64,000 bases of DNA from an uncultured delta proteobacterium (GCA_963769935.1 CAVYNY010000034.1:79006-143005), one strand, 5' to 3'. Positions 50,439 to 60,741 are shown, counted from the stretch's first letter. Numbers and translations: made by a program. Notes: generated by a model not told the origin, from the letters alone.

Positions 50439-52445
50439 CTATGAATCCTCTCCACGTTTTTGCGATGGCGGTTTGCGATCGCTTTCCTCTTCGTCGTCCG
50501 GCTCAGCGGAGAGCCGCTCGGACGTTTCCCACAGCTGCGACTCGAAAGGGCCGGCCTCGACCGAGCCCCGCGGCGGGTAGTCGAGAGTACCTTTGAGCTG
50601 CTCAATTCTGTCGGCCGCAAGTCTTGGAAACGGCAGCTTGCCGGCTTTGCGCCAAGATTCAACTTCTTTCGCAGCCGTCTTGCCGCGCTCACTGTCGAGC
50701 CCGTCGTCGCGTCCCATGTAGAGGGTCTGTGAAGGAAAGGCAAAGCTGCTTCCCGACTTTTTAACTATATCGCTCATTCGCAGCAAGACGTCTTCGCGTA
50801 TGGCGTGGAATTCGTTGAAGTCCCGGGTCAGTGCATATATCCGGACACCGATGTCGAGAGAGGATTGACCGAAGCCTGCGAAGCGCACGCGCACCGTGTC
50901 GGAGTGGATCTTGGGATGGGCATGGAGCATCTCGCGAAACTTCACCAGCACATGACGCAATTGATCATTTTCGGTCTCATAGCGTAGACCGATGGTCACG
51001 CTGATCAGCATCCGATCGCATTTCGCCCAGTTGATCAGCTGCATATCTGCGAGGGCGGCGTTGGGAATCGAAATCAAAGTGCGATCGAGCGCCCGGATCT
51101 TGGTCGAGCGCACGCCGATGGCTTCGACGGTGCCGGTTTTGTCACCGAAAGAGCAGAAATCGCCGACCCGCACGGGATGGTCCAGATAGAGCACAATGCC
51201 GCCGATCAGGTTTTCGAGGGTCGGACGAATCGCAAGCGCGACTGCCAAACCGCCAATACCCAGTCCAGCCACCACGCTGTAGAGGGGCAGCCCCAGATTT
51301 TGGGCTGCATTACCGATGATCACCACGCCGGCCAAAGTCCCGATGGTACGGGCACCAAGGCGCCAGAGATGCGCGTCGAAGCTATCTTCCGGGATATCCC
51401 GTGCCTGAACGATGCGCTCGAAAATGGCAAGCATGACCAGCCATAAAAGCCAGACTGCGCCGGCATTTATCAAAATGGTTGCCATATTGGCAACCAAGAT
51501 CGAGAATGAACCAAAAACTGCGATTTGGTGGTTAATGAAGTTTTTTAGGCTCCAGACGACCACGAGGATCGCAATTGGCGTCAGGGCACGACGCAGCAGG
51601 AAGCCAACCCGATTTTCGATTTCGCGGCGGTTGGTCGCACGGTGAAAGATCAACAGCAGGAGTGCTGCGAGACTACTAATAAGGACCACCGTAATGACTT
51701 TCCACCTTGGTGTCTCCAACCAGAATTCGTGCATACTCAGCGGGACGATTCTGAGCAGCGCTGCCGGGATCATCGGTCCGGTGATCTGGCGAATAGCGCG
51801 ATGCCAGCTCATGATAGGCAGAGACGTTTGTAGAGGCAGATCTTCAATACTCCGATAGAATCGCGGCGCTGCCATAACCGTGCGCTCGCCAAATAGAAAC
51901 TCCCCCTCACGCTCTCCCTTACTGGCCTGGACGATCCAGATCGGGGTGTCGGGGATGCGCCATTTTGCGGGTGACACAGCACTGTCGAAGGCCTCTTCGT
52001 CAGGAACACTTGCAAGGTTAGGCAATTCGATACGCCCAAGGATGTCGAGCAAATATGCAGTTGTGTCGATTCCGATCGTACGGTGAGACGATAGCGGAAC
52101 AGAGGACAGGTCGAGCAGCGCATCGAACTGGGTTCTAATCACCTGCACTTTTTTGAAAAGTTTACGGGATTTGTTCGCCCTATAGGTTTGCAAGGTCTCT
52201 TCTAACTCGTCTCTGAGCCGAAGAAAAGATGTGAGCGTGGCACGCGGGCTGTCCGTTCGGATGGGTTTGATCGTGGGCTTACCGCTGGCAGTCTGCTGCA
52301 TCCCCGTGAGCGTGTTCTCCCCGACTGATTTGGTTTCTATCGTTTCCTGGGCGTGAATGGAAGTGACAGCGCAGCAAATCAGGACGAGGGTAAGCCACCA
52401 CCGTAAGGCGGTGGGGTATTCGAATTTCGAATGCAAATTAAACAC
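50439..52445 (-). CDS. Mechanosensitive channel, MscS family, with periplasmic N-terminal domain
   Basis: TDSPRATL; AGLGIGGLAVALA, ENLIGG, PVRVGDFC, GTVEAIGVRSTKIR, FAFPSQT. Confidence 0.92.
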   Translation of the reverse strand: MFNLHSKFEYPTALRWWLTLVLICCAVTSIHAQETIETKSVGENTLTGMQQTASGKPTIKPIRTDSPRATLTSFLRLRDELEETLQTYRANKSRKLFKKVQVIRTQFDALLDLSSVPLSSHRTIGIDTTAYLLDILGRIELPNLASVPDEEAFDSAVSPAKWRIPDTPIWIVQASKGEREGEFLFGERTVMAAPRFYRSIEDLPLQTSLPIMSWHRAIRQITGPMIPAALLRIVPLSMHEFWLETPRWKVITVVLISSLAALLLLIFHRATNRREIENRVGFLLRRALTPIAILVVVWSLKNFINHQIAVFGSFSILVANMATILINAGAVWLLWLVMLAIFERIVQARDIPEDSFDAHLWRLGARTIGTLAGVVIIGNAAQNLGLPLYSVVAGLGIGGLAVALAIRPTLENLIGGIVLYLDHPVRVGDFCSFGDKTGTVEAIGVRSTKIRALDRTLISIPNAALADMQLINWAKCDRMLISVTIGLRYETENDQLRHVLVKFREMLHAHPKIHSDTVRVRFAGFGQSSLDIGVRIYALTRDFNEFHAIREDVLLRMSDIVKKSGSSFAFPSQTLYMGRDDGLDSERGKTAAKEVESWRKAGKLPFPRLAADRIEQLKGTLDYPPRGSVEAGPFESQLWETSERLSAEPDDEEESDRKPPSQKRGEDS

Positions 52446-52708
52446 CGTGTCCTCCTCTGTGGACCATTAAAATCATGTTAATATTAGGAATGTGTTGATA
52501 TATTGAGTTATCTTGTTTCGGAGAAAAGTTATGATATGCTCTTAATTTGCCTAAATCAGTAGTGTTAGGCTACCCTTCCACGTTTGATTTTTTAACTTTT
52601 TTGCAGCCTATAAGCACAGTCCTCAAAATAACCTTTTCAGGCGATTTCCGAGTAAAGCTTAGGCGGCTGCCGATACTCGTCATTTTCGAGGGTTCTTCCA
52701 CAGGACCC

Positions 52709-54277
52709 CTAATAAAAGTGATGCACCCAGACGTCCTGCAAGATCACGAACAAGTACGCCGTTGAACAGCCGAACATCAGCACCCCTGTTATCGCAATCA
52801 ATGTCCCGAGATGTCGCCAGGGATACTTCAGCAGGATGTCGCCGTAGCCCAGAGTCGTGACCGTCGCGGCGGTGAAATAGATGCCTTCCGTAAGGCTTGG
52901 TATAAGCCGCGCCCAGCGCAAGAACAGGCCCCATGCCGCGGCCTCCGCCACGTGCGCCAACATCAGCAACAAAAAGCAACCAATGAGGATGATCTTGCCG
53001 TAAGTTTCCGGTCCCAGATGTGCCAGCAGCCATGCCTTGTGACGAACCATCTCGCCAGATGCATCGAAGATCACGAATACATGAAAAGCGAACAGCACCA
53101 GCGCAAGCAGCAGTGCAAAGACATGGACCCCGGCAATCTTGCTCCTAGAACAAGGTCGCGGTCTGTTTACTTTCGTTCCATCTGAGTTGTCTTGATGCCC
53201 ACCTTCGGTGTCGGGCGGAGGGTCGCATCGCTCGTCATGCTCCCGTTTAGACTCCTTGAAGGCGGACGTCAAGCCTGCGCCATCTGATACAGAAATCTCC
53301 GGCAGTCGCCCAGGTTTCTTCTTATCGCTACTTGCCTTATCCAGATAGCGATCGTACACCTGACGACGCAGTAAAAGCCAGGCCAGCAGGGAAATGATGA
53401 AGGACAAGCCGGTCACCAGCCAGAAACCATACGGATTATGCTGGTCGGGGATTCCAGCGACGTTCATCCCCAGCAGGCCGGTAATGAAGGTCAGCGGCAG
53501 GAACACAGTCGCAACGATGGTCAGATTGAGGCTGGAACGGGTCATGGTCTCCGAGCGTTGCGCCTCGACCTGATCCTCCAGCATCTGCACCCGCGTGCGG
53601 TATTCCTCCAGCCCGTTTAAATGTCGGGTGACGTGCTGTGACGCCCTGACCAGGGTTTCACGATCGTCGGCATCCAGGGCCAGGGCGGGATCGGTCGTCA
53701 TCGGTGCAAGCACCTGCTGGGTGGAATTCACTTGCCGTCTGGTGCGAAAGATTCGGCGCCGAAACTCGCTCAGCGTCTGCGGGTGTGGTACTGAACCGCC
53801 GTCGAGCAGTGCATCCTCGACGTCATCGATGTCTTGGGTCAGATCGGAGATGACCGGTTCCATCCGGTTGGTCATACCCGACACCATAAACCCCAGCAAG
53901 TCCATTGCCGTCACCAGCGACCTGTCCGACGAAAGGTTCTGTCGCAACTCGTCCACAACGGCGACCGTCCCGGATCGCACCGTGATCGCCCTGGTCAGGC
54001 CGATCAGCAGCTTCAAGTCGGCGAGATCGGTGAGATCTTCCGTCGGACCGGGGCGCAGCGTTCTGATGCTCAGCAACGTGCCGTCCGGCACTTGTTTATA
54101 ATGGCTGAAGCGCACCGGCTCCAACAACGCCGTTCTCGTCTGCTCGCTGATCTCCTGCCACGTCATCAGCCATTGGCGATCGGCGTCATCGGCAATGTCG
54201 ATGTCGAACCAGGTGACGCCATCGCCACCGGTGTTATTCGAGGCTTTTCCGGGTCCGAATCGGGTAATCTCAGGCAT
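52709..54277 (-). CDS. CorA/ZntB-family transporter fused to a C-terminal 2TM K+-channel-like pore domain
   Basis: LTIVATVFLPLTFITGLLGMNVAGIP; then HVAEAAAWG...GIYFTAATVTTLGYGDI...GVLMFG. Confidence 0.8.
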   Translation of the reverse strand: MPEITRFGPGKASNNTGGDGVTWFDIDIADDADRQWLMTWQEISEQTRTALLEPVRFSHYKQVPDGTLLSIRTLRPGPTEDLTDLADLKLLIGLTRAITVRSGTVAVVDELRQNLSSDRSLVTAMDLLGFMVSGMTNRMEPVISDLTQDIDDVEDALLDGGSVPHPQTLSEFRRRIFRTRRQVNSTQQVLAPMTTDPALALDADDRETLVRASQHVTRHLNGLEEYRTRVQMLEDQVEAQRSETMTRSSLNLTIVATVFLPLTFITGLLGMNVAGIPDQHNPYGFWLVTGLSFIISLLAWLLLRRQVYDRYLDKASSDKKKPGRLPEISVSDGAGLTSAFKESKREHDERCDPPPDTEGGHQDNSDGTKVNRPRPCSRSKIAGVHVFALLLALVLFAFHVFVIFDASGEMVRHKAWLLAHLGPETYGKIILIGCFLLLMLAHVAEAAAWGLFLRWARLIPSLTEGIYFTAATVTTLGYGDILLKYPWRHLGTLIAITGVLMFGCSTAYLFVILQDVWVHHFY

Positions 54278-54370
54278 ATTGGATTTCCTTTAGTTAATGG
54301 GGAAATAAGACTCCGGGGTCCGGTTTACCGTTCAAGGCCGCGGTCGATAGCGCATTAAGGCGATCAGCCG

Positions 54371-55048
54371 TTACATTTTCTTTGCTACGCCGATCGTGCC
54401 AGCCTTCATGGAGTCGTAGATGGGCATGTTGCCCATCAATGTGGGGATGGCCATAGCCGCGAAACAGGCCCAGAGCATTGGTAAAGCCTGATTGAAGGCA
54501 CCGGTCATCTCGAAGATCAGGATCATTCCCGTAACCGGCGCGCGAACCGTTGCAGTTAAGAAAGCCGCCATGCCGGCGATAGCAAAAGTAGCTGGGATCG
54601 CACCGGAATCTCCTACGAACTGCGGGCACAGTAGTCCGAATCCCAGGCCAAGGCACGCACCCAGCGCAAGAATGGGCGCGAACAGGCCACCAATGAATTT
54701 GATGGGGAACAGTAGAACCGGGGCTGCGGGCAACTTGCCCTCAATCACCGCCTCGACATGGGGTATGCCGCTACCGGCCGCAGGTTGCCCGGAACGCTGC
54801 ACTAGCCAGGCTGCAAAAGCGGTGGTTGCTGCAACCGGGGCACAAACCAGAACGAAGCCCAGCACCGGCCACTGGTGGGTCCAGGTGATCGTGTCAGTGC
54901 GAGCAGTGTTCATATGTTCCAGTGCCACCCGAAAGCACCCGATGACAAGGCCGATTGCGGCACCTGTGAGTAGCGATAGCAGGGCTAGTTTTGCCAAGCC
55001 ATATTTTCCACTTTCACCGTACTGGGCAGCTTCGGGATTCGAACTCAT
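54371..55048 (-). pseudogene. ClC H+/Cl- exchanger with in-frame internal deletion
   Basis: GSGIPHV present; PIKFIGG joins directly to LFAPILALGA; GxEGP gating motif absent; GMAA..VRAPVTG..EMTG..PIY retained; only 225 aa. Confidence 0.8.
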
Positions 55049-55219
55049 CGGTTCAATTTTCCTGTTTTTTATGCAATTTACAATTCAAAAAATTTAGGTT
55101 TTTTGAATCAGGATATTATTCTGAAAAAGAAGCGGTTACCATATTTCATTGCCAGCAACGAAATTTTTTAACCGGCAATATTTGCGGGATGAGCATTTTT
55201 ATCGAAAATAATGCCCTTT

Positions 55220-56332
55220 TCAACCGAAATAGCGTGCTTCAATAATCGTTATATCATCCTGAAGGCGGATATCGTTTGAAAATTTCAGCAATTCTTCCTC
55301 CAGGGTCTCCATGCGCAGTGGTTTTTTAGGATAGTCAAGTGCTTTTAAGATTTGTGTGAATCCACTGGTACCAAGCCATTCATTTTCAGCATTTTGAATC
55401 TCGGTTGCACCGTCGCTGAATAACAGGATTGAGTCACCGGCTTCCAATTTCACAGTTTTCTCCTTGTAGGGGATATCTTCCATGACGCCTAAAGGCGGAC
55501 CGGTAGATTTTGGTTCTTCAAAGGCCCAATTTTCATGGATAATTAGCGGAGTTGGCCCGCCGGCTCCGGTGAAACAAAGCGTTCCGGCACTGGCATCGAT
55601 AATACCGCACATTGCCGTTGCGAAGGTAACAACACTGCCGAATATTTTAACCAGGTCTTCGTTGACCGCAGCGGCAAAATCGGCTGGGCTTTTCAGCAGC
55701 CGAAAATGGCTATTCCATAGGATGCTCAAATGCATTGCATACAGGGCTGCGGCAACGCCGTGCCCCTCCATATCTGCCAGTAAAAATCCATACCGGTCAG
55801 CATCCAGCGGTTCGATGGCATAATAGTCTCCACCAACAAGGTCATAGGGCATGAAGAGTGTAGAAAACAGCAATCGCTGGTCTTCCGGCAGGTCGTACTG
55901 CAGGGCCTGCCGTTGTATTTTTTGAGCGCGCTCAAGGTCCACCAGTATCGGAGACACATCGCGAAAGGTTTCTACACCCCCGATAATTTCACCAGCTTCA
56001 TTTTGAATCGGAGCGGTTGTAACCTGTGTTGGAACCCTACTACCATCTTTACGTCGCGCAAAAACGATGATCGGAACTTGTGTGGTGACTCCAGTGATCA
56101 TGGCCCGATGTAATGGGCAATACTCCTCACCACACAACCGGTGCCCGTCCTTATCCACGTGATTAAGAATGTCTTCCAAACATGCACGGCCCAAAACATC
56201 CTCAGACCGCCATCCTGTGATACGCTCTGCAGCCTTGCTCCAAAATACAATTCGACGGTCGCGATCACACACATAAACACCGTCGTTTAAACAATCGATT
56301 ATTTTCTCAGCTGAAATGAGTAATCCCCTCAT
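55220..56332 (-). CDS. PAS + SpoIIE/PP2C phosphatase
   Basis: DGVYVCDRDRRIVFWSKAAERITGW; VGGDYY, ADMEGHG, FSDG, DDIT. Confidence 0.88.
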   Translation of the reverse strand: MRGLLISAEKIIDCLNDGVYVCDRDRRIVFWSKAAERITGWRSEDVLGRACLEDILNHVDKDGHRLCGEEYCPLHRAMITGVTTQVPIIVFARRKDGSRVPTQVTTAPIQNEAGEIIGGVETFRDVSPILVDLERAQKIQRQALQYDLPEDQRLLFSTLFMPYDLVGGDYYAIEPLDADRYGFLLADMEGHGVAAALYAMHLSILWNSHFRLLKSPADFAAAVNEDLVKIFGSVVTFATAMCGIIDASAGTLCFTGAGGPTPLIIHENWAFEEPKSTGPPLGVMEDIPYKEKTVKLEAGDSILLFSDGATEIQNAENEWLGTSGFTQILKALDYPKKPLRMETLEEELLKFSNDIRLQDDITIIEARYFG

Positions 56333-56572
56333 AAGAAGCCTTTCAATATAAAATTTACACAATTTTTTACTAGATACGATTGTCGAGGTTAAACGCCCAG
56401 AACTTTGAAAATTATTCCAAATCGGTCCTTGTCTTTTGGCACCCTCGCAACCCGAACAAAGGCGAAATGGTAACTTGCATGCCACATTGAAACCGGGAAA
56501 AAGGATGTGGGTGGATTAATATTGGCCCTTCAGGTCGCGAGGTCTTCCCCGGCAGTGGTTTGCAGGTGTCGT

Positions 56573-57420
56573 CTAGAACCCGATATCCAGTCCCAGTATT
56601 GGTCCGTGCATTGTGATGTCCCACTTGAATTTGTCTCTTCCGTTGCCGTCCGTGTAATCCTGGGATAGCGCCCGGTAGCCGGCTAAAACCCGGGCGTTTT
56701 CTTCTCCGAACAGGCCGAATCGATAGCCAATCAAGCCGAAGGCATCCCAGGCGAAATCGGAACCAAAGGCGACGCCGCCAATATCTCCCGCCAACGTAAT
56801 GTTCCACCGCTCGGAAAGATCCCAAATGGTTCGTGCCCCAACAAGCGGTTCCACCCAGCTCTTGTGGTCGCTGACGTCATTTATGCGGCCCTGGAAAACG
56901 CCATCGAAATCGAGTTTGAGATCCAAATAGGTGTAGCGGGCGCCGGCGTAGGCGTCAACAGTCACAGAGGGCCTCTTTTTACCCGGCGCATCCGCAAGAT
57001 CCCAGGTGCCCAGCCGGTAGAAGCCGCCCAGCCCTGCCAAAAGACATTTACGGTGGGATCGATATCGGTGAGGCCAAGCGGTCCGCTGACATTGTTGTCC
57101 TGAAGGTTGGCATAAATCGTATCGCCCCACAATCCCCAGTTGCCTTTACGCGCCTCATATGCCAGCATCAGGGCGAAATTCAGCTGATCCCAGATGTCGC
57201 TGAAACTCATATTTACGTCCGCTTCGAATCCCTTCACCGTTACATTGCCGTTCATGGCAATTGCCCACAGGTAAGGCGCCACATGAAACTCCCAAGCACT
57301 TTCAGCCGGTTTTTCTTCGGCCGCCAATGCTGGCGCCAGGAACGCCAGCATGAAAGCAACGATCATCAGGATAGGCAGAACCTTACTCGGCCGTTGCAAA
57401 GCAAAGCTTATTTGATTCAT
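56573..57420 (-). CDS. Outer-membrane beta-barrel protein; apparent -1 frameshift near 57032
   Basis: Signal peptide; WEFHVAPYLW; YAGARY, WVEPLVGAR, GYRAL; C-terminal GLDIGF. Confidence 0.8.
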
Positions 57421-57447
57421 AATTCTTGCCTCCTTTTATTCCTCATA

Positions 57448-57550
57448 GATTTGAGATTTTGGATTTTAGAATTCGGATTTAAGGTATTCTGTCGGTTGAA
57501 TAAAAAAAAGATAGAGCAGCGCGATACAACAGATCCGCAATCCAAAATTG
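57448..57550. repeat. Heptamer-armed element with the conserved core also seen at 34402 and 33123
   Basis: gatttga gattttg gatttta gaattcg gatttaa ggtattctgtc...aaaaaaagatagagcagc...gatccgc aatccaa aattg. Confidence 0.7.
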
Positions 57551-57641
57551 CTCCTAAAGCCTGATTTGACGGAATAAAAACTGGATGAAAGTTTAAGCCA
57601 CGTTATGAGTGAAATTCACTACCTTAGCCTGTAGACATGGT

Positions 57642-57676
57642 AAAAGGCTGCCGGCCGTTTATTTTTCGGCCGGCAG
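57642..57676 (-). terminator. Intrinsic terminator
   Basis: ctgccggccg pairs with cggccggcag (10 bp), followed by ccuuuu on the - strand. Confidence 0.65.
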
Positions 57677-57720
57677 GTTCAAATAAATGATGAGGATCAG
57701 CGTGATGAATCCTGGCTTTG

Positions 57721-58173
57721 CTATTCCATCTCGATGGTTATACCGGAGACTCCCACCGACAGGGCCACGCCGTCCGCATGGGTTTTCACCTCGATCACGA
57801 CGCCGCTATCATTGCGAATGTATAATGCACCCACGCCTTTTGCCACCGTCAGGCCGGCTCGGGCCTCGCTGTAGCTTCCGGGAAAGTCGGCAATATCTTT
57901 TAGATGGTAGACGTGTCCGACGGCTGATAGCTTCTGCACACCGTAGCCGAGGGCGCCCATTCCCTTTATCTTGAATTTGTATATCTTGTTGTTGTAGTCG
58001 AGGGTTCCGTGACCGAAGTCACCTGATAAAATCGCCATAAATTGCCATTCATCAAAGTGAATTGTACCTGACGGCGGGACTTCCGCTTTTTGGTGCTCTT
58101 TTCCGCCGGATGCACACCCCATGATAAACGCGATGATCATTAAAATGTAAAAAATTTTGCGATACCTGCTCAT
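57721..58173 (-). CDS. Lipoprotein, DUF1134/EipA-like
   Basis: Lipobox-like FIMGC; GHGTL, GHVYHLKDIADFPGSY, NDSGVVI. Confidence 0.65.
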   Translation of the reverse strand: MSRYRKIFYILMIIAFIMGCASGGKEHQKAEVPPSGTIHFDEWQFMAILSGDFGHGTLDYNNKIYKFKIKGMGALGYGVQKLSAVGHVYHLKDIADFPGSYSEARAGLTVAKGVGALYIRNDSGVVIEVKTHADGVALSVGVSGITIEME

Positions 58174-58259
58174 TTTAGACCTCCTTTGCTAAGAATACTT
58201 GGATTATAATTGCCAACCTCTGTCACTCCTCCTGTAGACGTGACAAACTGACAAACTAT

Positions 58260-58402
58260 TAACCTGGCGACTAAATAGCCAACTCCGTCATGCCGGACTT
58301 GATCCCCGCAAAAGACGGGATCTTCGACCGGCATCCAGTGTTTTTCTGGATTCCCGCCTGCGCGGGAATGACGAACTTCGGGTATTTAACCGCCGGAGTA
58401 AT
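58260..58402. repeat. Composite palindromic CGTC-type REP-like element
   Basis: cgtcatgccggacttgatcc...ctggattcccgcctgcgcgggaatgacg (58286-58373) inside an outer imperfect inverted repeat. Confidence 0.75.
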
Positions 58403-58432
58403 ATGTTAATTGAAAAACGAAATGGTTACCTT

Positions 58433-58720
58433 TTAACTGCCCCACTCGCTTTCCAGGATTTTTATTAATTGACCTTCCCTGAAAATCAGGGTGTAAACGG
58501 GTTGATCCGGACCGAAATTATACACCCATGAATTAAGTTCATCGTTCTGGCTGTTGGGTTCACCACAGGTATCCTGAACCGACGCCTGCGTGTCCCCGAT
58601 GTTCACGGTGCCGTTATCGCACATGATGGAAGATGCCTCTTCAGCTGCAAAAGCAAGACCCATATTCAAAGATAGAATCAGAGTTATTGCCACAATAAAA
58701 TATGCAGTGCCTGTTTTCAT
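58433..58720 (-). CDS. Small exported protein, DUF2845-like
   Basis: Signal peptide; IMCDNGTVNIGD...CGEP...WVYNFGP...LIFREGQLIKI. Confidence 0.75.
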   Translation of the reverse strand: MKTGTAYFIVAITLILSLNMGLAFAAEEASSIMCDNGTVNIGDTQASVQDTCGEPNSQNDELNSWVYNFGPDQPVYTLIFREGQLIKILESEWGS

Positions 58721-58849
58721 GATAATCTCCTTTTAAACAATTATCCAATAACGAACAGCTCCCAATTGGTTCTAATTCAATTGGGGTTAAAGTAAAGTAC
58801 CCCCAGAAATTTCACATACAAGATGCCCATAGAATTTAAATTAGCGAGT

Positions 58850-59050
58850 GCCGCCTCCAACAATGCACGGTCACTATCTTTGGCCACCTCAGCAAAACTC
58901 AGGTGCCCGATCACCACAATGACAATCATCACGTGGATTATGATGACGAGAAGCATCCCGCCTACGCAGGCAATCGGCAATGACCGTTTGGGGTCGGCGA
59001 TCTCTTCGGAGGCGTTGGCGATAAGCTCAAAACCTTCATAGTTTAAAAAA
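58850..59050 (-). pseudogene. Internal fragment of an APC-family amino-acid permease
   Basis: FLNYEGFELIANASEEIADPKRSLPIA...VIGHLSF; no start codon, both ends missing. Confidence 0.7.
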
Positions 59051-59094
59051 AACTCGCGGACTCCCCGCTGGCGATCGCGCCCGCGGGGATCGGT

Positions 59095-60741
59095 TTACCA
59101 GACCTGACCGGGGTCCTTCTCAAGCTGCTGCATCACCGCCTCCATGGCCTTCTGCAGGCTCAGCGACTCCGCCCGTTGGCGCGGCGGCCACTCCTGCAGG
59201 CTTTTCATGTGCTCGGCGATGATCCCTTGTGCCGGCACCAGGGTCCACATCTTCTCGGCTAAGAGCTTGCGGGCCATATAGCCCCATTCGCGGGAATGGG
59301 GGTCGAAGCGCTCCATGGGATCCATGCGCAGGTTGAAGAGATAGGGCACCGATGGATAAACCAGTGGGTCCCACCACAGCCCTTCCTCCTTGATCGCGAA
59401 CAGCATCTTCCAATCTCCCACGCGCACGCCGGTGAGACTCGCCTCGTCGTAATAGAAGTACTCCCGACGGGCGGACTTGTCCGTCTTGCCGGTCCACAGC
59501 TCAAGATTGTCGTAGCCGTCCAGGTGCACCTTGTAGTTCATGCCGCCCATCTCCGCGCCCTGGAGCAGCTTGTCCTTGATGTCCGGCTCGCCCGCGGCCG
59601 CGGCCAGCGTGACGAACAGGTCTTCATGGCTCTGGATGCCGTTCGAGACGCTGCCCGAAGGAATCTTGCCGGGCCAGCGGACCATCATCGGCACCCGCAC
59701 GCCGCCCTCCCAGGTCGTGCCCTTCTCGCCCCGGAAGGGCGCGTAGCCGCCGTCCGGCCAAAACATCAGCTCGTAGCCGTTATCAGTCGAATAGACCACG
59801 ATGGTGTTGGCGGCAACCCCCAGGTCGTCGAGCTTCTTCAGCAGCGCGCCGATCTCCTCGTCGTGCTGGATCATGCCGGCACGGTAGACATCGATTTCGG
59901 GGCGCCCCTCATCCACGGCCTTCTGGATGTACGCCTGGGGTACGTGCGTCCAGATGTGCATCCGGGTGGGATTGAACCACACGAAAAACGGCTTGTCTTC
60001 TTTGACGCTGCGGTCGATGAAACCCTCGGCTGCTCTCAGGAACTCGGCGTCCACGGTCTTCATGCGCTCGCGCGTGAGCGCACCGGTGTCCTCGCAGCGC
60101 TGCTTGCCCATGCGGCCGAACTTCGGGTCCTCGGCGGGGTCGTCGGTGTCCGTCGCCCAGCAATGCAGGACACCGCGCGGACCGAACTTCTCTTTGAACT
60201 CCGGATTCTTCACCCCCGGGTAGTCGAGCTGCTCTGGCTCTTCCTCGGCGTTAAGGTGATAGAGGTTGCCGTAGAACTCGTCGAAACCGTGCACGGTCGG
60301 CAGGAATTCGTTGCGGTCGCCCAGGTGGTTCTTGCCGAACTGCCCGGTCGCATAACCAAGCGGCCTCAGGACCTCGGCCAGTGTCGGGTCTTCCTTCTGC
60401 AAGCCCTGCTTCGAGCCGGGGATGCCGATGGTCGTCATGCCGGTGCGCACCGGCAATTGCCCGGTGATGAACGCGGCCCGTCCGGCAGTACAGCTTGGGT
60501 GCGCGTAGTGGTCGGTAAACAGCATGCCCTCTCTGGCGATGCGGTCGATGTTCGGCGTTTGGCCCATCATGCCGTGGGAATAGGCGCCGACATTCCACAT
60601 GCCGACATCGTCGCCGAAGATGACGAGGATGTTGGGCCTTTCGGTTTTGGCGAGCACATCGGAGGTGGCGCCAAATGTCAAAAGGACAAAGACCAAAAGA
60701 ATCACTGCAAATGGCGGTGTCAGTTTTTTTTGGATTTTCAT
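59095..60741 (-). CDS. Exported arylsulfatase (Cys-type formylglycine)
   Basis: RPNILVIFGDD, SCTAGRAAFITG (CxAxR), GKNHLG, TDNG, GEKGTTWEGG. Confidence 0.95.
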   Translation of the reverse strand: MKIQKKLTPPFAVILLVFVLLTFGATSDVLAKTERPNILVIFGDDVGMWNVGAYSHGMMGQTPNIDRIAREGMLFTDHYAHPSCTAGRAAFITGQLPVRTGMTTIGIPGSKQGLQKEDPTLAEVLRPLGYATGQFGKNHLGDRNEFLPTVHGFDEFYGNLYHLNAEEEPEQLDYPGVKNPEFKEKFGPRGVLHCWATDTDDPAEDPKFGRMGKQRCEDTGALTRERMKTVDAEFLRAAEGFIDRSVKEDKPFFVWFNPTRMHIWTHVPQAYIQKAVDEGRPEIDVYRAGMIQHDEEIGALLKKLDDLGVAANTIVVYSTDNGYELMFWPDGGYAPFRGEKGTTWEGGVRVPMMVRWPGKIPSGSVSNGIQSHEDLFVTLAAAAGEPDIKDKLLQGAEMGGMNYKVHLDGYDNLELWTGKTDKSARREYFYYDEASLTGVRVGDWKMLFAIKEEGLWWDPLVYPSVPYLFNLRMDPMERFDPHSREWGYMARKLLAEKMWTLVPAQGIIAEHMKSLQEWPPRQRAESLSLQKAMEAVMQQLEKDPGQVW

